Source of the DNA: an uncultured virus (IMG/VR IMGVR_UViG_3300031555_004022)
Taxonomy: Duplodnaviria; Heunggongvirae; Uroviricota; Caudoviricetes
Virus record (IMG/VR): IMGVR_UViG_3300031555_004022
Length of the DNA: 64,000 nucleotides
Strand: one strand, 5' to 3'
The translations under genes and the position numbers were made by a program. The notes under the pieces are model-generated. The model saw only the letters and a program-made list of their open reading frames with translations, searched no databases and was not told the DNA's origin. The first letter of the stretch is position 1; the number at the start of each line of letters is the position of its first letter. Shown here one piece after another: positions 47,421-57,558 of this stretch.

Positions 47421-48182
47421 TCATTCGACCGTACCGTAGAGGTACAGGTCATCCAGCAGAGCCTTTGCGCGCTCTGCGTCGGTTTTCTTCCGTGCTTCCT
47501 CTGCCTTCAGTTCTTCGGGCAGGTTCTTGTAGCTGCCGAACAAGTCGCTGGCGGCTGCCGCAGCAGCCGGGGCTTCCTTCGTTCCCAGCTCGAAATACTC
47601 CGCGGCCTTTTCGCCACGAAGCCAGGTTTCAGCGGACAGCAGATCCGCCACCTGTTCGCGGGTCACGCCCTCGCGGGCCTTCCCCATGTAGACGTCCAGC
47701 ATGGACTCCTTCGCGTTGTCCAGCTGATCGGCGACGTCACGAAGGTCGCGGGAGTTGCCCGCGGTGTACGTCCAGGGGTCATGCACCATGATCTGGGCGC
47801 CGGTGTTGACCACGATCTCGTCGCAGCCCATCAGGATCACGGACGCAATGGACGCGGCCATGCCGTCGACCTGGCCGGTCTTTTTGCCCGTGTGGCGCTT
47901 CAGGACGCTATGGATCGCCAGGCCCGCGAACACGTCGCCGCCGGGGCTGTTGAAGTAGATCGTCACCGGGGCGTTCGGATTCAGACCGTTGACGAAGTCG
48001 GCGATCTCCTGTGGGCAATGTCCGCCGAAATACGCAGCGGTCAGTTCATCGTCGACGATGTCGCCGTACAGGTACAGCTCCGCGCCATTTTCCGTGGCCT
48101 TCATGTCGATGTAGCCGCGGGTCACGACCTTCCCCTGCCGGGTTGCCTTCATGTCGTAGCGTTTAGTCTTCAGATTCTTCAT
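47421..48182 (-). CDS. ClpP-like prohead protease
   Basis: NSPGGDVF, AASIASVI, MVHDP, ETWL. Confidence 0.9.
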   Translation of the reverse strand: MKNLKTKRYDMKATRQGKVVTRGYIDMKATENGAELYLYGDIVDDELTAAYFGGHCPQEIADFVNGLNPNAPVTIYFNSPGGDVFAGLAIHSVLKRHTGKKTGQVDGMAASIASVILMGCDEIVVNTGAQIMVHDPWTYTAGNSRDLRDVADQLDNAKESMLDVYMGKAREGVTREQVADLLSAETWLRGEKAAEYFELGTKEAPAAAAAASDLFGSYKNLPEELKAEEARKKTDAERAKALLDDLYLYGTVE

Positions 48183-49548
48183 CTTCTTCACCCCCTTCCT
48201 GATCGTCTTCGGTTTCTTCTCCCTCGTCGTCCTGGGGTGGTGCCGCCGCGGGCTGCTGCCCGACGGTAGCCGTGCCGGTCTTGTTTGCAGCGACGTCCAG
48301 CGGGATCATGGTGCCATTCACCAGCGGGCGGTCGCCATATTCGACGCCTTCCATATCCAGGTAGGCGCGGGATTCGTTGATCAGGTAGATGCCGTTCTTC
48401 GTGTAGCCGGTCATGACCTCCATCTGGGTCTTGCTGTCTGTACGCAACAGGGCCTTCTCGTTGATCTTGACGTACTCGCCCCGCTCCAGAAGCTCGATGC
48501 CCAGGATTTTGTACCCGGTTTCTTCTTCGTACTGTTTCAGGACGAACAGCATGGTCTCGGTCAGGAAGGACAGCTGCTGCATTTCGCTGTTGCTGTAGCT
48601 GCTCTTTTCGTAGTCGTTGATCTGATTGGGCTTGACGCCGAAGGCTCCGGCGATTTGCAGGGCGGAGTATTTCCGCAGCTCGAAGAACTGCGCGTCGGTC
48701 AGTTTGATGTCCAGCGGCGTCAGCTTCATGCCCAGGGGCACCGGCATGATCCGGCCCGTGTTCTTGACGCCGTTTCCGAAGTCCTCGAAGGCTTCGCGCA
48801 GGGCTTCCTTCGCCTCCTGGGACATTGTGCCGGTGTATTCCAGGGTCGCCTTCGCGGTCATGCCCTGTTCGTATAGCTTGTTCATGTAGCCCTGGCCGCT
48901 CTTGGCGCCCATGACCGTCTCGCGGAGAATATCCTGTACCGGCATACCGACCAGGCCGTTCAGGGTGTGGGACGTCTTCACGTGGATCACGTCCTCGCTC
49001 CGGAAGATGTACTTCTTCCCGCTGTACGGGTCGGTGTACCAGTACCAGACGTTACCGGCTCCGGCGAAAATTCCCGCGTCGTCCACCAGTACCTGCACGC
49101 AGTTCGACGGCATGATCCACAGGTTTTTGATCTCATAGCTGCCGCCGTATTTCATCCGGCGGAAGCGGCGCTCGATGTAGACGTAGCCGTTGCCGAAGTG
49201 GTTCCGGTTCATTTCCACCGTCGCCCAGAACGTGGTCGGCGTCATGAACGGGTTCGGGCGATACCGCAGCACGCGGTTCACGTCCTTCCGTCTGCTGTCT
49301 GCGACGCCGTTCTTGCTCCGCTTGTAGACCTTCCAGGGCAGCTTGCCCAGGGTCTCCGCCAGGGTCTTCATGCAGGTGAAATACGTGATTTCAGACCATA
49401 CGCCGCGGCGTTTTCCGCTGCGGTTCAGCCATTCCACCAGGGTCTCGCCGCTCATGCTGGCGACGTTTTCGGTGCCGTTGTAGGCCCTCCAGCCGTTCAG
49501 CCAGGGGAATCTGGCGCGCAGATTTCTAAAAAATTCGCCTATTTTCAT
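48163..49548 (-). CDS. Portal protein (HK97 family)
   Basis: RPNPFMT, GNGY, DAQFFE.RK, IAGAFGV.P, SYSNSE. Confidence 0.9.
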   Translation of the reverse strand: MKIGEFFRNLRARFPWLNGWRAYNGTENVASMSGETLVEWLNRSGKRRGVWSEITYFTCMKTLAETLGKLPWKVYKRSKNGVADSRRKDVNRVLRYRPNPFMTPTTFWATVEMNRNHFGNGYVYIERRFRRMKYGGSYEIKNLWIMPSNCVQVLVDDAGIFAGAGNVWYWYTDPYSGKKYIFRSEDVIHVKTSHTLNGLVGMPVQDILRETVMGAKSGQGYMNKLYEQGMTAKATLEYTGTMSQEAKEALREAFEDFGNGVKNTGRIMPVPLGMKLTPLDIKLTDAQFFELRKYSALQIAGAFGVKPNQINDYEKSSYSNSEMQQLSFLTETMLFVLKQYEEETGYKILGIELLERGEYVKINEKALLRTDSKTQMEVMTGYTKNGIYLINESRAYLDMEGVEYGDRPLVNGTMIPLDVAANKTGTATVGQQPAAAPPQDDEGEETEDDQEGGEEDEESED

Positions 49549-51287
49549 TGCTTTGTCGTCACCTTCTTATGCCTTTCGTACATCTTCAGCCATTCGCCCA
49601 CGATTTCCTCCGTGGTCTGGGCCTGTTCGCCGCACATGGCGACCTTCCAGGCGTCAATCACGGCGTCGACCGGGTCGATCCGCTGGGTCGTTATGTCTTT
49701 GTCGATCTTGATCTCGCCGTAGTTGTTGGAAATGACGCGGGCGTTCAGGATCGACCAGACCAGCAGCTCTTCGCCGCGGTTGTATTCCACGTTTCCGGCT
49801 TCGATTTCCAGCCGGAAGTCGTCGGTGGGGTCGGACAGGGCCTTCGCGCTCTGGTGAATCTCCAGGCTGTCGTAGCCGGTGGCCTCCAGGTCTTGCAAGA
49901 AGGCGGAGGCGTTGTGGGGGTCGTAGCAGATCATTCTGACCTTCAGATCGAAGGCGTCCACCAGGGCCTGAAGGTAGGCCAGCACGTACCGGTAGTCGGT
50001 TTTTATGCCGCCCATGGTCTCGGTGACGGTCACCAGCTTCTTCGCGATCCACACGTCATACGGGGCAAGGTCGCTGTCGATATGCTCCTGGACGCGCTTC
50101 GACGGGATGAAGCTATGGCTATGAATGAAATACTTTTTGACGCCCGCCACCCAGAATGGGATCACGATCACGATCGTCGTCAAGTCGCCGCCGGACGACA
50201 GATCCAGGCCCACGTAGCACGGCAGGCCCTGGAAGTCTGCCAGGCTCCGGTCAGACGCGCAGCGCTTCAGGGCTTCCGGGTCTTTGATGTACAGAGCGTT
50301 CGACCATTGCAGCCACTTGTTCAGCTGCTTGACCAGGAAGTCACGCAGGTCTTCGCCGCCCATGTCCTTCGCGGTGACCGCGATCGGGATCATGTTCTCC
50401 AGGGCCTCCTGGTCGTAGGCCAGGGCCGGGTTCGCCTTGATCCAGTTCTCCGGCAGCCATAGGTCGTCATTCTCGTCCATTTCGGCGATATAGATAAACT
50501 GACTATCGACGCGGGTGGTGCCCTTCAGGATCGCCTTGCAATGCTCGTATAGCTTGTAGCAGGGGGCGTTCAGGTTGAAGCCTGCGGTGGTGATCACGCT
50601 GATCAGGGCCGACTTCATCTTCTTGATGCCGCCCTCCAGCAGCTTGTACATCTGGTTCGTCAGGTGGGCGTGGTACTCGTCGACGATGCCCAGATATGGC
50701 CGGTGGCCGTCCAGGCTTTTCGTGTCGCCGGAAATAGCGCGGATTTTGCCGTTCGTCAGCAGGCAGTCGATCGTGTGGTTGTGATCGTGGACTTTGAAGC
50801 ACTCCTGAAGATCGGCGTCCGAATTGATGAATTTCTTGATTTCCTCGAAAACGATGTCCGCCTGGTCTTGTTTTGTGGCCGTGCAGAAGATTTTCGGGTA
50901 CTGGTAGCTTGTAAAATTGCCATAATAGGCCGCCAGGATGCCGTTCAGGAAGGACTTGCCGTTCTGACGGCCCAGCTGGACATAACTGGTACGGTACCGG
51001 CGGTGTCCGCCTGCCTTCTTCCTCCAGCCGTTCAGGCTGCCCAGGATGAAACATTGGAACGGGTACAGGGTGATCGTCTGGCGCTCGTCACCCTCTGCGA
51101 TTTCCAGTTCTTCGGCGAAATTTATGATTTCTTCCGACGCTTCGACGTCGAAGCAGTAGGCAAACGGGGCGACTTTCGCCGCCTCCAGGTCGTCCAGGTG
51201 ACGCTGGCAGGCCATTTTGACGGTCTCACCGGCGACGATCCGCCCCTCCAGCACGTCGATCGCGTACTGTGTGCAGCGGTCGGTCAC
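49545..51287 (-). CDS. Terminase large subunit
   Basis: GRQNGKS, VDEYH, ITTAG, GLDLS, RIDP; GTG start overlapping the terS stop. Confidence 0.9.
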   Translation of the reverse strand: MTDRCTQYAIDVLEGRIVAGETVKMACQRHLDDLEAAKVAPFAYCFDVEASEEIINFAEELEIAEGDERQTITLYPFQCFILGSLNGWRKKAGGHRRYRTSYVQLGRQNGKSFLNGILAAYYGNFTSYQYPKIFCTATKQDQADIVFEEIKKFINSDADLQECFKVHDHNHTIDCLLTNGKIRAISGDTKSLDGHRPYLGIVDEYHAHLTNQMYKLLEGGIKKMKSALISVITTAGFNLNAPCYKLYEHCKAILKGTTRVDSQFIYIAEMDENDDLWLPENWIKANPALAYDQEALENMIPIAVTAKDMGGEDLRDFLVKQLNKWLQWSNALYIKDPEALKRCASDRSLADFQGLPCYVGLDLSSGGDLTTIVIVIPFWVAGVKKYFIHSHSFIPSKRVQEHIDSDLAPYDVWIAKKLVTVTETMGGIKTDYRYVLAYLQALVDAFDLKVRMICYDPHNASAFLQDLEATGYDSLEIHQSAKALSDPTDDFRLEIEAGNVEYNRGEELLVWSILNARVISNNYGEIKIDKDITTQRIDPVDAVIDAWKVAMCGEQAQTTEEIVGEWLKMYERHKKVTTKQ

Positions 51288-51847
51288 GCTTCCACCTTGC
51301 CCTTCGCGTATTTCAGGAACTTGTTCTCCGGTTTTTCGTCTTTCGCCTTCGGTGCCACCAGACGGCAGCGTCCGGCGATCGTCAGGCCGAAGTCCGTGGC
51401 GCCCTGGCGGCATTGCTTCCACAGCTTGTCCTGTTGCTGAAGCAGCGCGGCGCGTTCCTCATTGACGACCATCCTGGTCTCCACGATCTTCTCGCCGGTT
51501 TCCGGGTCGATCTCCGGCTTGCCGTCCAGGTCGGTCTTGTACCGGCGCTTCTCCACCATCAGCGGCAGCTCGTCGATCGCCTGGGTCATGGCGACATAGT
51601 CTGCTTCCGCCTTCACCAGGCGGCCCAGGGCCTCGCAGTCCAGGTTGGTCATTATTTTCAGGTCGATCAGCTGGGCGGCCAGCTCCTTGAAACGGCGCTT
51701 TTGCTTCTTGTCCAGCCATGCAGGCGGGGCGACTTTGTCGGCGTCAGGGTGTAGTTCCTGGGCCTTCCGCAGCTCGATCTCCGCCTTCGTCAGGTGTTTC
51801 CGGCCTTTCGCCTGCAACAGGGCGATCGGCTCCTTCTTTCCGGCCAT
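51284..51847 (-). CDS. Terminase small subunit (P27 family)
   Basis: KHLTKAEI..R, PP.WL, FGLT...R. Confidence 0.85.
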   Translation of the reverse strand: MAGKKEPIALLQAKGRKHLTKAEIELRKAQELHPDADKVAPPAWLDKKQKRRFKELAAQLIDLKIMTNLDCEALGRLVKAEADYVAMTQAIDELPLMVEKRRYKTDLDGKPEIDPETGEKIVETRMVVNEERAALLQQQDKLWKQCRQGATDFGLTIAGRCRLVAPKAKDEKPENKFLKYAKGKVEA

Positions 51848-51898
51848 GTCCCCACCTCCTTCGGTGTCAGATTCTGACACTTCCCTGGGGCGGGGGCG

Positions 51899-52405
51899 TC
51901 AGATTTTCCCGTGGGGAGTTTTCTCCACGAAAAAGGGGGGCGCGACTAAACCAGCGGCCGCGAATACTTTTTCGATACCCCCTCGGTCTGCAAACCACCT
52001 GTCCCGCAGCGCCCGCAGCCGCTTCTGGCAGGCTGCCATGCTCTCCGGCCCCGCCTTGTACATTGCGGTGACGCGTGTATGGTTGGCATTGCTCAATGGG
52101 AACAGGTTGAACGGGTCAAGCCGTAAATCCCAGTCTTCCTCCAGCTCTACAATGTGGTGAACTCTGTCCGCTTCGACCAGCTCCTGGTCTTCGTAGTAGG
52201 CCAGGATGTCGATGCCGTCAAAGACGTCGATCATGCGCTGTCTCATAACGCGCCACGCGCGCGAACAATAAAAGGCGGCTGACATTTGGCTGCGCTCCTG
52301 GCGGTTGTAAATCATGTGCCTGCTGCCATACCGAACACGGCAGGCCGGGCACATATCAATGCCTTGCTGGATGGGCTTTCCACAGCGGCACAAATGCAGC
52401 AGCAT
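51899..52405 (-). CDS. HNH endonuclease (packaging-associated)
   Basis: FYCSRAW...VHHI.....W..RLD..NL..L...NH... Confidence 0.75.
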   Translation of the reverse strand: MLLHLCRCGKPIQQGIDMCPACRVRYGSRHMIYNRQERSQMSAAFYCSRAWRVMRQRMIDVFDGIDILAYYEDQELVEADRVHHIVELEEDWDLRLDPFNLFPLSNANHTRVTAMYKAGPESMAACQKRLRALRDRWFADRGGIEKVFAAAGLVAPPFFVEKTPHGKI

Positions 52406-52528
52406 TTTCTTCTCCTTCCTGGGGCTTCCTGTTTTTCCGGATTTACGGCGGCCCTTCTCTGGGCCTCTTGGCGGCCTTCTGGCGGGTCTTTTTTGACCGC
52501 GACCGCCAGCCCTCGGAAACGAAAAAAG

Positions 52529-52645
52529 ACAAGCACCGGGTGATTGATTGCTCTTTCACTCGGTGCTTGTCTTGCACATTTCCTGTCTGATATTCTATCG
52601 CCTGGGGCCGAAAAACGCCACCCCAGGTTTTCCCCACGTTTTTAC
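52529..52645 (-). promoter_or_regulatory. Late promoter/leader element, copy upstream of the packaging genes
   Basis: Repeat of 28135-28249; TAGAAT -10. Confidence 0.75.
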
Positions 52646-52662
52646 GCTCGGTTTTCAGCCCT

Positions 52663-53106
52663 TCAGCAGCTAATCCCGTTGACGCCGAAAAGCCGCACGG
52701 CCATTTGCCGCATGATCTCGTCGCACCACCTGCGGGGGCTGTTTCTCCCGCTGTTCATTGCGTCCGCGATCTGTTCGTAGGTCTGGCCCTTGATATATCG
52801 CCGCTCGAAGGCGTCGACCTTGTAGGAATAGCCGCCGGCGATCGCCGCCACACGTACCGCTGCCAGGGCGCGGTCGATTTCAGCGACCACGGCAGCGGTG
52901 TCTTCGCGGCTGCTTCTCAATGCGTCCAGGATCGCGCCCAGGTCGGTCCCGGACGGCTCCGATCCTCCGGGGCTGCCTTTTTGGGCGTATTCGTGCAGAA
53001 GCTGATAGTTTTCAAGCAGGCGCGCCGTCAGGGTCAAGCCCTGGGCGCCGTTGGCACTCTTGTCGGCCATTTCGGGCCGGATTTTGGGGTCGTTTCTGTT
53101 TTCCAT
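52663..53106 (-). CDS. Putative late transcriptional activator (RinA/ArpU-like position, C-terminal HTH)
   Basis: LLENY..L; RYIKGQTYEQIAD...MAVRLFG; last gene before the packaging module. Confidence 0.6.
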   Translation of the reverse strand: MENRNDPKIRPEMADKSANGAQGLTLTARLLENYQLLHEYAQKGSPGGSEPSGTDLGAILDALRSSREDTAAVVAEIDRALAAVRVAAIAGGYSYKVDAFERRYIKGQTYEQIADAMNSGRNSPRRWCDEIMRQMAVRLFGVNGISC

Positions 53107-53141
53107 CGTTTACTTCCTCCTTTCGGCCCGGTAGGTCGTTT

Positions 53142-53873
53142 TTACAGGCCGGGCGGCGGATCACGCCACCATTTGCTTCGCGTGTCCTCGTCGGTTTTGT
53201 CACCCTGGGCCGCCTTTTCCTTCTCCAGCGCGATCCGGCGCTTGGCTTTGTCGTAGGTGCTTTCCTTCACCTCGAAACAGATAAACCGGCGGTTGTTCCG
53301 GATCGCTGCGACGCCGGTGGTGCAGCTGCCGCCGAACAGGTCGACGACCAGGTCGCCCTCCTGGGTGGAATCCAGCAGGCAGCGCTCAATGATCGCCACC
53401 GGCTTCTGGGCCGGGTGGATTTTGTCACCGTCGGTACCGGCAGCGCCCACAGAAAAGCCGTTTTCCCGCCACACGTTGGATCCACCACGCCGCAGGCCGG
53501 TGTTCTTCGTGCCGTACAGGATGAATTCGTGGGTGTAGCTGTAAAAGCTGCCAGGGCCTGCTCCCTTGTCCCAGACGATCAGGTTCTTGACCGGCAAATA
53601 CTCCGCGAAGATCGGGTAGTAGAACGCGTAGCCGCGCCAGTCCATGAAAATGTAAAATTCCCCTTCCGGCTTCAGCACGCGGTTGATCTCCCGCGCCAGG
53701 GCCTTCCAGAACGGCTTGGTGATCTCCAGATCAGCGAAGTCTCCGCGGGTTCCGTTCTGGGTCAGCCCCTGGAAGTAGGGGGGGTCGGTGATGATCGCCT
53801 GGACGCTGCCGGTTTTGATCTGCCGCAGGCCGTCCAGGCAGTCCATGTTGTAGATTTCATTCTCTTTCAGCAT
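53142..53873 (-). CDS. N4/N6 DNA methyltransferase (beta class)
   Basis: TDPPY, HPAQKP, DLFGGSCTT. Confidence 0.9.
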   Translation of the reverse strand: MLKENEIYNMDCLDGLRQIKTGSVQAIITDPPYFQGLTQNGTRGDFADLEITKPFWKALAREINRVLKPEGEFYIFMDWRGYAFYYPIFAEYLPVKNLIVWDKGAGPGSFYSYTHEFILYGTKNTGLRRGGSNVWRENGFSVGAAGTDGDKIHPAQKPVAIIERCLLDSTQEGDLVVDLFGGSCTTGVAAIRNNRRFICFEVKESTYDKAKRRIALEKEKAAQGDKTDEDTRSKWWRDPPPGL

Positions 53874-54099
53874 TTCGCACTCCTTCCAGCGTCGCGGTGT
53901 AGGTCGTTGTGACGACCTGGATCGCCGTGCGCTGCATTTCTCCGCAGCTTATGCGGTCTTCGACCGGTATGCCCGCGGCTTCCTCCGCGGTGTCGGTTTT
54001 GTTGCAGTATGGCCGGGCCGGGCAGCCGGGGCACAAGCCCGCGGCGCCCAGAGCGTCAAACAGCCAGTCCTGTTCCTCGCGGGTGGCAATGATTACCAC
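53857..54099 (-). CDS. Hypothetical Cys-containing protein
   Basis: Tightly packed ORF; CPGCP...C. Confidence 0.5.
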   Translation of the reverse strand: MVIIATREEQDWLFDALGAAGLCPGCPARPYCNKTDTAEEAAGIPVEDRISCGEMQRTAIQVVTTTYTATLEGVRNAERE

Positions 54100-54100
54100 G

Positions 54101-54605
54101 TCACGCGCTCCTTTCCATCAGGTGCAGGGCCATCCGGCGCCAGCTTTCGGCCTGCTCCTTCGCTTCGGCCAGCTGTTCCTCCAGCTGGTCGGTCTCTGCT
54201 GCGCGGCGGACGTCCCGCCACGGCTTGGGGTCGTAGGTGTTCCGGGGTGCTTCTTCCTCCAGGCCCAGGGCGCGCCGGATCGCGTCGTCGATCTGGGCCA
54301 TTTCCTCGTCGGTCACGTGGCCGCAGCACTTATCCAGGCGGCGGGTGTCGACGGTCTTGATCTGATCGCACAGGGCGATCGAAGGCTTCGGGGCGCTGCC
54401 GATCTCGATGTGCAGCCCACCAGGGTCAGGGCGGTCTCGTTTGGTGGTCAGATACACCACCATGCAGGTGTTACCCCCCCCCCGCGGAAAAATCGCTGAC
54501 AATGACGCCAGGGCGTCCGGGCTGCTGTTCGTGGCCCCTGCTGATCTCCATGTCCCGCTCCACGTAGTAAATATCGCCGCGGGTGATTCTCCGGTTTCTG
54601 TACAT
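54101..54605 (-). pseudogene. PemK/MazF-like gene frameshifted at a G10 tract
   Basis: RGDIYYV...GHEQ..GRPGVIVS in one frame and VVYLTT...ALCDQIKTVD..RL in another; C10 at 54474-54483. Confidence 0.8.
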
Positions 54606-54610
54606 TGTGG

Positions 54611-54805
54611 TCACCATTTCCTTCCGTAGCCGTAGTAGTTCCGGCGCTGCGCGTCGGTCATGTTTCTGACGTTCTTCTTCTCGATCCATTCCAGGATGCT
54701 ATCCGCCACCAGCATCAGGATCAAGCCAGGCGTCGCAAGCATTACGCCCAGGGCGCCCAGCAGATAGCCCAGGCTGGCGGTGATCCGGGTGATCAGTTTC
54801 TTCAT
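54611..54805 (-). CDS. Small hydrophobic protein
   Basis: GGAG RBS, ATGA overlap, TM-like segment. Confidence 0.5.
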   Translation of the reverse strand: MKKLITRITASLGYLLGALGVMLATPGLILMLVADSILEWIEKKNVRNMTDAQRRNYYGYGRKW

Positions 54806-54978
54806 GTGTTCTCCAGTTCCTCGAACTCCGCGTCCAGCGGGTCGATTTCTTCCAGGATGTACACGGCGCCATGCAGCAGTCCGGCAGCGATCACAGCGAT
54901 CAGCATGACGGGCAGTTCGATCACCAGGATCAGAACGTCGCGCACTTTGTCCCAGGTCTTTTTCAGCAGTTCCTTCAT
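54802..54978 (-). CDS. Small hydrophobic protein
   Basis: MKELLKKTW...; ATGA overlap with the parB stop. Confidence 0.5.
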   Translation of the reverse strand: MKELLKKTWDKVRDVLILVIELPVMLIAVIAAGLLHGAVYILEEIDPLDAEFEELENT

Positions 54979-56279
54979 TCGTCCATTCCCTCCAGGCTCC
55001 AGGCCGCCACCAGGGCGTCCAGCATTTCCAGACAGGCGCGGGCCTGCGCTTCTTCCAGTCCGGCGTTCACGACGCACCAGCGGATCATGCCGATCCGGTC
55101 GGTCTCGGTTTCCACGGACTTCTCGATCTCTGCGGCGATCTCCGCCTTGTAGGTGGTCACCGGCCCCGCCACGGGTTCGGCTGGCTTGACGTTCTTGTTC
55201 CGGTACATATCGCAGGCGGTGGTCTTGTCCGTCCGATCCATGCAGGTGTCCCAGTTTGCACAGCTGAAGCACAGGGACGTCAGCGTCTTCGGCTCCGCCT
55301 GGGTTACCGGTGCAGCCTTCGCTGCTGCCTTTGCTTCTTCGGCCAGCACCTGGCGATCGACCACTTCGCACCGGAAGTCGCAGGTCGTCCGCTTCAGGCA
55401 GCCCTTGCAGCAGCCAGCGCACCCGACCAGCTCACCCTTCCGCATGAAGTTCGCCTTGATCACGCCGTAGTGTTCACAGGGGCCGTTGGCGACCTGGCAG
55501 TCCCTGGACGCCCAGGGGTTGCCGTCGTCCTTCGGCTTCGGTGTTGCCTGCCTGGCTTCGCTGGCGTCCTTGTGGGTGATCTCCGTGCCGGTGTCCTGGG
55601 CGCGCTCGAAGGCGGCACGCTGCGCGTCTTCATCCATGCCCGCCAGGGCGTAGGCTGCGGAGAATTTCAGGCCGCCGGTGTCCAGCAGTTGCTTCAGCTC
55701 TGGGATCAGGTGGCCGGTGATCCGCTCGATCTGGGCGATCTTCGTGGTGGACTTGTTCAGGATCGCGGCGATCACGTCGCGGAGACGTCCGCTTGTCAGG
55801 TCGTACCCGGCCAGCTTCTGGCCCTTTGCCCGCATGGCTTCCAGGGTGGCCTTCAGGGTGGTGTACTCCTGGAGCTGGTCGCCGATGGACTTGACGCGCT
55901 GGCTGTTTGCGGCGATCAGGTCAATGGTTTCTTCCTCCGGCGTCTTCTTCGCCCGGACGTTGCAGGTCGCCACGCTGAACTCGGTGTGTCCCCGGCTGAC
56001 CAGCAGCTTCAGGGCCTCCCATCTGCGCTCACCGCTGACGATCCGGTACTGGCCCGCCGGGGTGGGGTCGTAGATCACGACCAGATTGTCCAGCAGGCCG
56101 GACATCAGAATATGGCCCGCCAGTTCCTCGATCTCGACGATCTCGTAGAAGTTGCCCTCGTTCCGGTACAGCTGATCGATCGGCAGGTCTTTCGTCCGGA
56201 ACTTTCCGGAAGGGCCGGAAGGCTGCGCGCCTTTGCTGGCCGCGTTCAGGGTGTCCAGAATGTTGTGTCCTGTTGCCAT
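54975..56279 (-). CDS. parB: ParB-family protein with Cys-rich C-terminal region
   Basis: GLLDNL.V, YRIVSGERRW.A; downstream of parA. Confidence 0.85.
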   Translation of the reverse strand: MATGHNILDTLNAASKGAQPSGPSGKFRTKDLPIDQLYRNEGNFYEIVEIEELAGHILMSGLLDNLVVIYDPTPAGQYRIVSGERRWEALKLLVSRGHTEFSVATCNVRAKKTPEEETIDLIAANSQRVKSIGDQLQEYTTLKATLEAMRAKGQKLAGYDLTSGRLRDVIAAILNKSTTKIAQIERITGHLIPELKQLLDTGGLKFSAAYALAGMDEDAQRAAFERAQDTGTEITHKDASEARQATPKPKDDGNPWASRDCQVANGPCEHYGVIKANFMRKGELVGCAGCCKGCLKRTTCDFRCEVVDRQVLAEEAKAAAKAAPVTQAEPKTLTSLCFSCANWDTCMDRTDKTTACDMYRNKNVKPAEPVAGPVTTYKAEIAAEIEKSVETETDRIGMIRWCVVNAGLEEAQARACLEMLDALVAAWSLEGMDE

Positions 56280-57070
56280 TACTTCAGCACCTCCATGATC
56301 TCACGCGCCAGGGCGGCATATTCCCGCGATACCTTGCAGCGGGGGCTGTACGACGTGACCGGCTCCTGGTTGATGCTGGCCCGCTCCACGATCACCGACC
56401 GGCTGACCGTGGCGTCAAACGCCTGGCAGCGGTCGAAGGATTTCAGCCACTTCTCGAACTGATCGGAGGCGTCGTTGCGGCCCTTCATGGTGAAGAACGA
56501 CCGCAGCACCAGGGCGTCGTTCAGGCCGTGCAGCTGCTCGATCGTGTCGGCCATGTGGCCCAGGGCGTCAGCCTCGAAGCCGCCCAATTTCACCGGCACG
56601 ACCACCAGATCAGCCGCCACCAGGGCGTTCAGGACGGTCATGTCAAGCAGCAGGCCGCAGTCGACGATCACGTAGTCATACAGTTCCTGCACCTCCGGTG
56701 TGCCCAGGGCGGTCTGTAGCCGTCGCACCTGGTCGTTCTCGGTGTCGGTGGCGATCTCCGTGTTCGCGTCCATCAGGTAGCCGTTCGCCGGGATCACGTC
56801 GACCCGGTAGAAGCCGGTCTTCTTGTCTCCGAACACTCTGGACTGCTTCACAACGTCCGCCACGGTGACCTCGCCATGAACAGCAGACAGCAGGGCGGCC
56901 AGGCCCTTGTCCTCCGGGTCTGCCACGCCGTACAGGGTGGACAGGTTGCCCTGTTGGTCGGCGTCGATCATCAGGACACGGTGATGCGCGCCCAGGATGC
57001 AGCCCAGGGCCGCGGCGGTCGTGGTCTTACCGGCGCCGCCTTTTTCAATCATTACAGCGATTATTTTCAT
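56279..57070 (-). CDS. parA: ParA/Soj ATPase
   Basis: EKGGAGKTT, IDADQQGN, YDYVIVDC. Confidence 0.9.
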   Translation of the reverse strand: MKIIAVMIEKGGAGKTTTAAALGCILGAHHRVLMIDADQQGNLSTLYGVADPEDKGLAALLSAVHGEVTVADVVKQSRVFGDKKTGFYRVDVIPANGYLMDANTEIATDTENDQVRRLQTALGTPEVQELYDYVIVDCGLLLDMTVLNALVAADLVVVPVKLGGFEADALGHMADTIEQLHGLNDALVLRSFFTMKGRNDASDQFEKWLKSFDRCQAFDATVSRSVIVERASINQEPVTSYSPRCKVSREYAALAREIMEVLK

Positions 57071-57117
57071 ATTTCAGGCACTCCTTCACGTTTTTTGGTC
57101 TATTTCTTGTGATTTTT

Positions 57118-57558
57118 TCACTTTCTCCAGCCATCCAGGGACGGGAAGCCCCAGCGCACCTTCAGCAGGTCGGCGTCTTCCGCCATTTTCTCGCACGGCT
57201 TCAGGTTCATGTACTCGGTCAGCAGGTGGATCGCTGCGTTCGCGCTCCATACGACCGCCACGAAATACCCGGCGGCCTGGAGCTGCCGCAGCCAGTCCTT
57301 CTGGTCTTCGCTGGGCAGGTTCTTCCCGTACTTCATTTCGATCCGCAGGCCATGATATACGCCCGCCGGATAGTCCAGGATCAGATCGGGGACGCCAGGC
57401 TTCAGTCCCAGCGACTTCAGAATACCGGCGGTTGCCTTCGTTCTCTTGCCTTCGTTGGGGACGTGGTACAGGTTCTTCAGGCCGGGGTATTTGCCCTGGG
57501 CGTAGCTGGCCCACTCGATCACGGCTTGCTGTTCACTCGTTTCGCTTGCTCCTTGCAC
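57118..57558 (-). CDS. VRR-NUC domain nuclease
   Basis: HVPNEG.R, G.KPGVPDL, IEMK, Q..W...L...GY. Confidence 0.85.
   Translation of the reverse strand: MQGASETSEQQAVIEWASYAQGKYPGLKNLYHVPNEGKRTKATAGILKSLGLKPGVPDLILDYPAGVYHGLRIEMKYGKNLPSEDQKDWLRQLQAAGYFVAVVWSANAAIHLLTEYMNLKPCEKMAEDADLLKVRWGFPSLDGWRK

Noticed and set aside
51850..52000. cos site near terS
   Set aside because: Plausible position with G/C runs, but no specific cohesive end can be supported from sequence alone
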